This document shows, piece after piece, positions 12,364 to 23,076 of a DNA stretch of 64,000 nt (its first letter is position 1; each line of letters opens with the position of its first letter). The notes under the pieces were generated by a model that saw nothing but the letters and a program-made list of their open reading frames with translations, was not told the origin of the DNA and did no database searches. A program made the position numbers and the translations under genes. Source of the stretch: Vermamoeba vermiformis (lineage: Eukaryota); the NCBI GenBank assembly GCA_045837725.1, contig JBEWZL010000184.1, forward strand, positions 1 to 64,000, read 5' to 3'.

Positions 12364-14178
12364 ATGGATAAATTCAAGAAAATCTTCGGCAGAACTACCG
12401 CTGTAGTGATCGGCATGGTGCACGTTGATCCATTGCCTGGAACACCGCGTAACACGCTCTCAATGGACCAAATCGTTGAAAATTCTCTTAAAGAAGTCAG
12501 ATTGTACCTCGAGGCTGGTGTGGTAAGCTGACCAGCTCCGATTATGCTTTCATTGAAATTACTCAAAATATTATCTAAAATAATAAGTTGGCCCCAAGCA
12601 ATAACAATTGCTAAAATATGGCTTATTAGAATATTCTTGACGTAGATTGGCAATTAATACTTTTTAAAAATACTTCCTGCAACGGTCGTGTCTGCCTTGA
12701 TCAGATCTTGACATAGCTCTTTCGTAGGACGCTCTGATGATTGAAAACATGCACGATGTACCATATTTGAACACTGTAGTAGGTCCTGAAATCGTTGCTA
12801 GCATGACTATCGGTACGTAGCGGATCCAAGTGTGTGGATGGCACGCACTTTTCTTGGCTTACCATTCGTCTTATTAATATTTTATATAAAGTCGGCCAAG
12901 CAGTGCGTAAGGCTAGCAAATTGCCCGTTGGTATTCAAGTACTCGCTGCTGCTAATAAGGAAGCAATTGCTATCGCACAAGCAGCAGATCTACAGTTCAT
13001 TCGCGCTGAAGGTACGTGTAGACGCGAGATATATGCTTAACTATATGCATTCATTGACATACTATGTAATTTAGGCTATGTCTTTGCTCACGTAGCGGAT
13101 GAAGGCACAATGAACTCTTGTGCAGGAGAAATTATGCGCTATCGCAAACAAATTGGCGCCGATAACGTCTTAGTATTCACGGATATTAAGAAGAAGCACA
13201 GGTAAGTCCTCTATGTAATATTTCTTCGAGCTTGTAAATTTTACTCGAGCAGATCCAATTTTAAGTACCTTCATTCGCAATTATCTATCTTGATGGTATC
13301 GGTACTATTGTCCTGTATGATATTATGTTATCGATATTAATAGTTCTTTATTTACAAGTTGATACGAGAAATTTTAATTACAAGTTCTCTGTATCTGCTG
13401 AATTTCGATTATAATCTTGATGTTCGTTTCATAATTCGTTTCTGTAGTGCCCATGCAATTACAGCTGATGTTAGCATCGCTGAGACGGCAAAGGCAGCCG
13501 AGTTCTTCCTCAGCGATGGCGTGATCGTGACCGGAGCGGCTACCGCAGTTCCAGCGGATTTGAAAGACTTATTATCAGTAAAAAAAGCCGTCAAAATACC
13601 AGTCTTGATAGGTAAGAATAATATAGTTAGTATATAGTCCTATTACATCACCTTAAAAGGGCTGTTAACGCTCCGAGGAAAGGTTGTAGCAAACAAGCTA
13701 TGATTCATAAGGTTCTTGTGTGATAATCGATGGAATATCTAGTTGAAAATACTGAATTCGATGCTTGATTTGTTTAAATCGAACAAAATTGTGTTTCTTG
13801 CACTTTCAGTAGGAATCCATCGAGATCGCGAAGAGAACTGACAAAATTATGATTTTTGGGAGTATTCCTGCTTAGGAAAATACTCAAAATAGGACCTTTT
13901 GGATCTATAGTTAGTTTTGTACAATCATAGTATATTCTGTTGCATTATGGCTTTAAGGATAACAATTTCGTTGCGGATCTGTCGAATTTACCCGTTTAAT
14001 ATCAGGCTCAGGAGTTACAGAGGAGAATATGGAGACTTATTTGCAGGCTAACGCTCTTATTGTTGGTTCGTACTTTAAGAAAGACGGCTATTGGGGAAAC
14101 AGCGTGGATGTCCAGAAAACAAAATCGTTTATGAACAAGATCCGCGCGTTGCGAATGAAAAGCGAAGCAAAATTGTAA
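12364..14178 (+). CDS. BtpA/SgcQ family TIM-barrel protein (multi-exon)
   Basis: Motifs IGMVHVDPLPGTP, IENMHDVPY, PVGIQVLAAAN, FIRAEGYVFAHVADEG, DIKKKHS, DGVIVTGAAT and VGSYFKKDG. The protein ends ...SEAKL*. Confidence 0.9.
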
Positions 14179-14554
14179 ATAGATTTGGTGTGATACATGA
14201 TCACATAAATATAATAAATGACCCGATTGTTGTTTGAACGGCATTGACCCGAACGGCAAGGCTGAACTCAATCCAATGCCGCTCCGGATCTGAATGACAT
14301 TGCATTTCAAAAACTAGCGCGACGAGATATGAATACTACTATATATTCAAGAGCGAGCAGGCAACAGTTCAAAATGATATGTGTCCAACTGAAAAGCTTT
14401 TGAAATTACAGAGAAAATCAATTTAGATACGCCAAATGAGGTAAAGAATTGAAAAGGAGCAAAATCCGCGAATGAGAGGCAGGAGTTATGGTTAATAGTA
14501 TTATGATACATATTTACAGTTTATTTACACGCAGTTTGTACAAGGCAAAATTTT

Positions 14555-15767
14555 TCAGCAGATCTTGCAAGATCGCTGAGAGACGTTCTCGCTTTGGTAG
14601 TTTGCGAGAGGGAAGATGGGCTTGAAGTCCATGGAGAACATTTGTTTGTGCATGATTGGCATATTATTGCATTCTTGCGAAACAGTCTCGGATTTGACTT
14701 CGAAGCCGGTCAGCTCTTCCATAGAGACTTGAATTAAAGCATCAAGTGCGCTAGGGAGGATTGTGGTAGTAGTGGTAGTGGTGGTAATAGTCTCTTCAAT
14801 GACGGTGTCGAGGCGTTGACGCTTGCGAGGGCGCGAATCTTCCTCATCTTGTTCCTTAACGCGAGATTGCATGAGAATGTTAGCGCAGCTGTTCTCGGAG
14901 GTGCTGTCTTCGTTGTCGCCAGACATTTCGTTTGATTCCCAGTGCTCGTCGTTTTCAGAAAGATCGACATCCATGTCGTCTCCGTCGAACTCTTCGAGAG
15001 ACAAGTCGTCTTCGTCTTGGCTGCTGCGGCTGCTTCTCTTTCGCTTGCGGCCTTGTTGAACGCACATTCTGCGGAGCATTGTGTTCCATTGGTTCTTGAT
15101 GTGGTTGGCAGTTCGGCCGGGGATGAGTTTAGCAATGTCAGCCCATCGGTTTCCTAACTTCTCGTGAGCGGCGCGTACGAGGCTCCATTCCTTGGGAGTC
15201 AAGGCGTCCTTGCGAATGTGGGGATCGAGTTGGTTGCACCATCTCTCGCGGCATTGTTTGGGAAGGCGGCCCTTCAAGTGAGAGGCAATAAAACGCCAGT
15301 TCTTGGTGCCGTGCTCCTTAACTAAATCAGCAAGCATTTGGTCCTCCTATAAGAATGAAACGAATCATTAATATTTTATTCTTTCAGTCAAAATCTGAGA
15401 ATGAGTCAGCGAATCCGCAATAAAAGTTAACCGCTGATCGTTAAAATGTAGGAAGGCTTAAGCTTACCTCAGGAGTCCATCTTCCTTTGACTTTAAGGGT
15501 ATCAGGGTTCAAGCTGGCCTTGTAGCGGTGCATGCATTGAGCGGGGGTCTTGCCCGGGATTTGCTCCGCGATCTTTTTCCAGTTCTTCTCTTTACATAAG
15601 ATGACGGCCACTCTAAGCTTCTCGTCGTCGTCTTCGGTCCAGTCCGCCTCAACGTCGTCCATGCGAGAGTCTACCTCGCTGAAACTGTCGGATGAGTTGG
15701 AGATTCTAGAACCACGGCGAGTTCGACCGCGAACAATTTCGTCTGACTCTTGGTTGAATCGAGGCAT
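14555..15767 (-). CDS. Three-repeat (R1R2R3) Myb transcription factor, one intron
   Basis: WTEDDDEKL...NWKKIA; KGRWTPE|EDQML...NWRFIA...KQCRERW; LGNRWADIAKLIPGRTANHIKNQWN. Confidence 0.92.
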
Positions 15768-16664
15768 AGTTAAATAATTAAGCCCTCTATTTTTTTTTTA
15801 AATATGGAGTTGTGGTAGCGGCTCAGTTTAAAAAAATCAAATTATGCTGAACGCAAAACTTTTTATGCTTTCCGTCGTGTGAGTCAGCATATCAAAATGG
15901 TCGGTTTTCTCCCAGTTTCACTTCAGTTTTCAGTTTCGTTTTTGGCAATTTTTCCTTATATAGCGGCCACGTGGGCAGACTAGGCAAATAGTCGTTGAGT
16001 TTTCTAAATTTTAATGATTTGGCGAGAGCAATAATAAGCTGCATAAGAGATTCTATTTCTATTGTTTGCCGCTGAATTTTCTCGACGGCGTTGTCTCCCT
16101 ACATCCGCTGCTGATCAGGCTTGTAGAACACAACTCCAGCGATAACGCGCCAATATTGCGCCACTATACTTAACATAGAAATTGAATTCACCATTCAACG
16201 GCGAAGAAAAATGAAATAGTGTCTATATAAAGCAATGTATTCGGTACGAACCCGACAATTTCAATGGTTGATGCTATATTTAACGAAGCGCATAGACTAT
16301 ATTTGCCTTTATTATCCGATAATAGGCAGCAATTTCAATTTTCCTAACTTAGATGACAAAACGCGGATCTGACATTTATAACTCCACGAGCTCCTGCAGC
16401 CGTTCACCATCAATTGTGCGACCTTTATCAAAGCAATTCCAGTATTGATTTCTTTTAGATTGCTTTGAGTTTTCTGTGTGCGAAGGATCGGGTTGCCAAG
16501 AGTAACGCGACTCAAAGTTGAAAAGTTTTTCTCAGTCAACGGGATCTACATCGGCTTAAGTCTTGATCTTTGGTATAAGGCGTTCCTTTATTAACATCGG
16601 CTCGCAACAGCGAAGATTCTTCTCAAATTGAACCGAAAGCTCGGGATCTACGGAGTTGATCGGC

Positions 16665-18721
16665 TTACCAGTCCGCGATTTGGTAGTCCTTGAAGAATCG
16701 TCCGTAGTAGACTATGCCCTTTAGCAGGCATGTAAAGATCTTCAACGATAGATTAATTAGATTGGTTTCCGATTGAAATGATTCAGTAAACGCTGGTGAT
16801 TTAGCGGATCTGCGAGAAATATAGCGATTCTCTACACAAATCCAACGGAATTGACTCGGCTCCGTCGGGAACGTGAGCGCAGGCAGTACATATATCACAC
16901 TACTAAAATTTGATATTGCAAAATTTGAACCGAAAAGTTTGATCGAGCGCGAGACTTTTGAAATGATGAGCGTTAACTATTCTTACCGGGTCTAGGACGC
17001 GTGAGGCACCATCCAGGCAATCCAATGGTGTTCTAGAAGGTAATCCTTGAGCGTTTGCAATATTCTCTGCTACCGAGTGTGGGACAAGTTCGGATACCCT
17101 TTTGATCAAGAACAAAATTAGCATCAAAATCACGATATAGAGGAGAAAATCGATGGAATATAATTGTAGCAATCTGGCCTTTGACTTCGTTAACCGCTAA
17201 ATGGTACTAAGAGGGAAATGTTCGCGGATCAGCCGTAGGAAATTTCATAAAGGTGTTTGGTTTAATAATAAACAGCTGTCCGTTCTCTAATTGATCGTGG
17301 ATTCGCATCCATAAAGATCTTTTGATAGAAGGCGTAAAATAGGAACAATTAAAAATGACATAAAGTCTAAATTTCTTGCGGCTAAGTTGAACGATCTAAA
17401 TCTGCAATCCCTCGCCGTTTAGACGTTCACCAAAAGGCAAATTTAATAGAAGTTGCTCGATTTGAGCAAAAAATCTAATCTAGACTTACCAGCCGGGGTC
17501 AACTGCGTTCATCCAAATGCCATCCACAGCGAATGTAGCAGCAGTTGTCTTGGTAAGCATATTCAAACTCGCCTGTAATACCACATTAATATCATAAAGC
17601 AGGTAATCCATTAAAATGTGGCGTATCCCTGAAGCACATTAATTTCTCGAGTCTAATTTCTCCTGTGCTTTGGATCCGAAACACAAAATCAGTAAGAAAT
17701 GTCCGTCTGTTTTACTATTATTTCAACAATACCCGCGCGATGGAGTTACAACAATATAAATTTGTTTGAATTGATGCTAAAACGAGCTCGGGCCTTTAAG
17801 TTCAACTTCCAAAACACAAATCCGGAGCCATTTTATCGCGAGAGTATACTCAGCGCAACGCGATTAAATTCAATTTGTAATACTACTAAGCAATATATAC
17901 AGCTGCTTGCACTGAATGACGCAATAGCGCAGAGCAAGGCCAACCGTCAAGCCGACCAGGATTTGGGCGTTGAATAAAAAACATGCGATTTTTGTTCAAT
18001 CGTCTAACTCGGAGGTGTACTAGCCACGTCAGTCGTTGCGGAGTACTAATGCACGGCGTTTTGATTCGGAATGAAGCACGCATATTTTCCGAATTTGTAG
18101 ATCTGCAAAGTCAGGAAGCGTCGTTAACTTCCCTCGAAATTCACGGCCACTTGTGAGCCAGTTGTGAATTAAGTAGGCGTCACGCCACACTTAGCGATTC
18201 AATTTAATGGTTAAAATTTGAGTCATATTTCAACGAACGATGGACACGCTTCGGAACGCGGATGTAGGCACAAAAAGACAGCTTGGGAATGGTAAATAAA
18301 GCTTACCTTTGCCATATTGGTGTGCGGATGGTTCGTGGATTTTCCGTCGTAGTTAAACTGGCCTTCTACCGAGGAGACATTGATAATGAATCTGTTTTTC
18401 TAGGGAATAAAATGGATTAGCTTTCAACGACCAATTCAACTGTAAAACAAATAGATTTCCAATAGAATATATCCTGATAATTGCACGTGCATATCAATTA
18501 AATGTATTGCTCTAGCCAGCAACGCTGCTATTGCAGATCAAAAAAACACTGTTGGAAAGTACTTTCAAGTCGCGCTAACGCGTGCATAAATTATTAATGA
18601 TATTTCGGACGTAAATACGCACCTTTGGTGACGAGAGGAATAGCGGATGCATCTTTTGGATCAAAATGAAAGGTGCGCATGCATTGATGAATTGATCTTC
18701 AACCAACTCGGTAATAGAAAT
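16665..18721 (-). pseudogene. 3' half of an atypical short-chain dehydrogenase/reductase (HPHTNMAK type); 5' exons not found
   Basis: Five phase-compatible exons (18721-18623, 18399-18307, 17572-17490, 17098-16987, 16739-16665) encode ISITELVEDQFINACAPFIL...IINVSSVEGQF...HPHTNMAKASLNMLT...MNAVDPGW...PLDCLDGASRVLDPI...GRFFKDYQIADW*. Confidence 0.7.
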
Positions 18722-18779
18722 CTAAACAAAAAGGTTAGTATGCGATACTAGAGTATTGTGGAGCTTACTTCTTCAATAG

Positions 18780-19093
18780 GATTCACGGGCACAATTCCTA
18801 TGACCGCACCAGTTGAGCCAGTAGCAGCGCCTGTTGCTACTCCAACAGCAGATCCGCCACTCAGTCCCCCAATCAATCCGCCAACAACGACCATGCCTCC
18901 AGTGTCACAAGCACCTACAGCCATCAATGCACCATTCGCGCCAATCACATGGACTCCTGTCGATAAGATTCCTGTGGCTTTAGTGCCGAGTGCAGAAAAT
19001 TCAACCGAAGAAGCAACGAGCGGTGCAAGTCGATCTATTTCTATCGTGTCCTTCTTATGGATGGCTACTATCGCATTCGGTGTTCTTAATTAG
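18780..19093 (+). CDS. Terminal exon of a Pro/Thr/Ala-rich surface protein with GPI-signal-like C-terminus; 5' exons not found
   Basis: AG acceptor at 18778-79, then PVEPVAAPVATP...SGAS and a hydrophobic tail ISIVSFLWMATIAFGVLN*. Confidence 0.5.
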
Positions 19094-19219
19094 CATGTTG
19101 AGGTGTCACCAAAGCACGTGCATAATGTTCCTCGAAATACTTGTAAATTCCTTCGTTAGATTGAATAAATAATTTAAAAGCAAAACGGTTCAATTTCATT
19201 TTAGATCTGACCACACAAA

Positions 19220-20544
19220 ATGCTATCCGAACTTCAATCGGGTTTAAACAAGCTCAAGAAAGTCGATGTTAAGCAAAAAGAGGCACCCAAAGTCGTCATC
19301 TGTGCTGACAGCCAAGACTACACCAGATTAATGAAGGAAGCGTACTTCGAAGAGTACTACGAAGATATTAAATCATTTACATTCAAGACGGAGTTTCAAT
19401 CCTTAGCAAAACAACAGGCCAAGCTTTTAACGCAAGCTCACCAAGCGTATCTGAAAAATTCGAATTCAATTCAGGATTCGTTAAAATCAGAAGGAATACA
19501 ACAAATAATTAAGAATATAGATGAGAAGGCAAATCAATTAAATACGCGAATTTTTGTGCGATTGTCTTCGAGATCACCGAAGGATGCAGCACTTTTGGTT
19601 CCTCAATTTCCACAGCTGTTCCAGCAAGTAGGATAATAATACTATATTAAAATAATGTTAACATTAACGTATTTATTTAGGAGCTTACAGCGATCAAAGA
19701 AAAAGATGAAAAGAACGGCAACAAAAATACAGATCATAATCAACGGCTCCACGCTTTGTAAGTAGATCTGCAATTAAATAATTTAATAACTGTTCATTAG
19801 ATATATTGCATCGACTAAGGCTATGAGCTGCGCTAATGGAACTGAAGGTGTGGAATTGCTGATTAAAAGTGACAGAATCCAAGGCGACCTTGAGACTTAC
19901 GCTGATAGTCCCGATGATGCTAATAACAACGAGCCATTCAATTTGATAATACGAGAGTTTGTTCCGTTTGATGTAAGCTGAGCGAGATCTGGTCGCGATA
20001 AATCGATCTGATCTAATTTTTAGGTCCAATACGAATTCCGTGCATTTGTGTACAACAAAAAATTGACTGGCTTAACACAATACAACGAAGTAAGTATATT
20101 AATATCGCATCGAATGATTTTGAATCTAATTTTTCTTAACAGTACGTCTACTTTCCAGATTTGGAAAACGAGAAGGACGAGATCCACAATCTCATCGCTG
20201 AATTCGTGCACAATACATTAGTGCCTCATATTAAATTGACTAACTGCGTCGTTGATTTTGTATTGGTCAAAGAAAATGGAAAGTTGAAAGTACGTACACA
20301 ATTTTTCCATATTTGGCTATCTTTCGTTCATGAACTAACCAATTCTTACTAAACATAGCCATACGTTATCGAATTGAACCCATTTGCAGAATTTGCAGGC
20401 GGAGGATTGTTCAATTGGGTCGATGACATGGATCTGCTCCTCGGCAAAAAGCCGTTTGAGTTCCGTATTGCCAAACAAATATCGGACTTTGCATTGCAGA
20501 ATATTAGCGCTACTTGGAAGCCTTTTGTATTTGCAGACAAATAA
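19220..20544 (+). CDS. CDC123/R2K-clade ATP-grasp protein with N-terminal WH2-like motif (multi-exon)
   Basis: Motifs IFVRLSSRSPKDA, EFRAFVYNKKLTGLTQY and VVDF...YVIELNPF...GLFNW. N-terminus LSELQSGLNKLKKV. Confidence 0.8.
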
Positions 20545-20634
20545 ATTGAGGCCAACATAAACTCCGATCCTGTAACCCTCAAAAATTATTTTTGTATTTT
20601 TGATGTGTTTTCTTCGAATTAATAATCGTTAATT

Positions 20635-22611
20635 TTATTCCGTGCAATACGAGGCCAGTTCGTTGACAAAGCTGTTCTCATACTTCTTTTTCGCGCAGTC
20701 AACGACACTAAGACCCTTTTGGTCTTTATAATCGACCAGTGCACCTAGTGCTATGAGGTACCTTATTATCTCCATTGCCATGCCTGATCGTACTGCGATC
20801 ATTAACGGTGAGCACATCCGCCGTTCAAACATGCACGGTGCATTAATGTCCACACCGCGCTGCAGAAGCAAGTCAATTATGGTGTAACGCTTATTTGTGA
20901 GCCCTTTAGGACCGATATGTTTGCATAATAATATTGCAAACGGTGATAACTGGTTGCCACCGTGTCTTGCTGGATCTGCTCCATTTTCCAGTAACATCGC
21001 CAAGCCACTAAGGAGCTCAGCGTCCTTCTTAAAGGACCTTTCCATGAAGGACATAAGCGGTGTAAAGCCTCGCGGGTCTATGTGGTTCATATATCTTTTG
21101 CACACGGGAATAATCTCCAGTATTCCGCCGAAATAAGATTTCGGAGGGAAGAGATGGTCGGTAGTGCGCGTGCTGATCCAATGATTAAGCAACGATATTC
21201 CACCTTTTGATATATCTGGTCGAATTTTACCATCTCTAATCATTTCCAACGCGTATTGTTCGGCACCAGGGATACTTAATACTAAGAATAATTTTTCGGG
21301 ATCTGTTACGTCTTTGAGGATGTAACGCAACTTCATATAACGCAGGGAAGATTGGTCAACGATACAGCCACGCTGAACCATTGTCCAAAATAAGGCATGA
21401 CTGTCCATACGAGCTGGTGCTGTTGACCAATCACGTAACGAGGCAATTTTGTTGAATTGTTCAATCGATGTAACAAAATCATTGTTTTTAATAATCTTCT
21501 CGACGCAGGGGAGTATATCCTTATGCACAATATCTTCCGTAGTGATTTGGTCAGAATCTAATAAGTCTCTGAAAGCGGAGTGTACCGAATCCGAGTGTTT
21601 CAATTTTTCATCGCTGATCTGCTTCAATATTTGTAATGCTGCACCATATTCGCGTTGATAAATAAGAGCTTCCATTCGTTGTACTGGAGAATATGGTACG
21701 TATGTTGTAATTACACTCCCCACTTCTTCGTCTGCATAATAATACGGGTTTCTGACTGAAAATTCAACTAGTTCAGTCCGCGAAGGAAATCGATACTCCA
21801 AGTAATCATACAAATACTCTTCATATTCCATCGACGTTTCTGTTGTTAAATAGTTCGCTGCCTCCTGCCATTTGCTTCGCTCGCAAGCTTCTTGTAGTTT
21901 GGTCGATCCAAAGTAACGGAGGTAAAGTTCGTAGGGAAGACTAGCTACGTCGATCATATTGCCATTATGTTGAACATTTTTTGGCATTTCACCTATAAGG
22001 GTGACTTTCACATTCGACGGAACGTTCTCAATCCACGGTACTTGATCTTCGTAAAAAACAACGAGTTCTTCGAGCTTAGGAGGTGCGCTAATGCCACCTC
22101 TATCCTGAGTTGATTGCAATTGAAGCCGCTTGACATTTGGAAACAACGGCCATAGTGAAAGCAGAGAATCTGCATGGTAAAACGCAGAGCGCAGTCCAAT
22201 GACCAGTGTTTTTATTTGTTCCAATGACTCGGACGGATTGATATGTTTAGCATTGAGTTTGAAGCCGCGCGTAATCAGCGTATGTAATTTTTTGGATGCT
22301 TCAATAATTTTCGGGATGGCGTGTTTTGGGGCCTTTCTCCATTGCTCGTTTAATGTTAATATCGTTGGCTGATATTTTTTAACAATTATAAGGGATATTC
22401 CAAGGTCTAATTTGTCCATTCGGCGGAGTTTTATATGTTTTGGTTCCACCGAAGAATTTTCACAGATGTGCTTCCATCTCTGACAAACTGCAGCAAAATT
22501 CGCAATCCAATAACCAAATCCAAAATATTTAAATATGTACATATCTAAAATTTCATCGGGTAGCGCATTAATCAAGCCGTTAGGTCGTTGTTTAGATCTC
22601 GTGTTCACCAT
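20635..22611 (-). CDS. F-box protein with LRR-like middle and C-terminal ankyrin repeats (intronless, 658 aa)
   Basis: F-box INALPDEILDMYIFKY...AAVCQRWKHIC. Ankyrin-like GFTPLM...LLENGAD, LLLQRGVDIN and SPLMIAV...YLIALGA. Confidence 0.8.
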   Translation of the reverse strand: MVNTRSKQRPNGLINALPDEILDMYIFKYFGFGYWIANFAAVCQRWKHICENSSVEPKHIKLRRMDKLDLGISLIIVKKYQPTILTLNEQWRKAPKHAIPKIIEASKKLHTLITRGFKLNAKHINPSESLEQIKTLVIGLRSAFYHADSLLSLWPLFPNVKRLQLQSTQDRGGISAPPKLEELVVFYEDQVPWIENVPSNVKVTLIGEMPKNVQHNGNMIDVASLPYELYLRYFGSTKLQEACERSKWQEAANYLTTETSMEYEEYLYDYLEYRFPSRTELVEFSVRNPYYYADEEVGSVITTYVPYSPVQRMEALIYQREYGAALQILKQISDEKLKHSDSVHSAFRDLLDSDQITTEDIVHKDILPCVEKIIKNNDFVTSIEQFNKIASLRDWSTAPARMDSHALFWTMVQRGCIVDQSSLRYMKLRYILKDVTDPEKLFLVLSIPGAEQYALEMIRDGKIRPDISKGGISLLNHWISTRTTDHLFPPKSYFGGILEIIPVCKRYMNHIDPRGFTPLMSFMERSFKKDAELLSGLAMLLENGADPARHGGNQLSPFAILLCKHIGPKGLTNKRYTIIDLLLQRGVDINAPCMFERRMCSPLMIAVRSGMAMEIIRYLIALGALVDYKDQKGLSVVDCAKKKYENSFVNELASYCTE

Positions 22612-23076
22612 GGCCTACAATTAATATATGTGCTATCTACTGAATTAAATATAGCTTTGAACTGAACTGTTCAACAACGATATTACAAGCAAAAAATAAT
22701 TTTGGCGCGCTATTTGCAAGCAGAATGGTCGACGTTATAGTTATCATGAAACTGATGTTAATAGTTGACCGTATAAATTAATACTACTCTAGTATATTTA
22801 AAGTTTGTTCGCATCGATATTGGTGTGCACAATGGTGTTCTACGCGGATCTAGATCGGGAATGATTTATACAAACTTTACAAAGCACTAGTCCATTAACG
22901 GCTCGTTATTCTCTTCAGGTTCACTGTCCATGCCTTCATCGTCATCGAATTGATTGCCGTAGTAGTCGTGGAACTCATCGTCATCTTCATTGGCCATGAC
23001 TTATCTTCCTGCTTCTGAAATACAACACGAATAGTGGCTGAGAAGTGTTGTGTTCCTGTGTAGCTCGGGCGAATGT

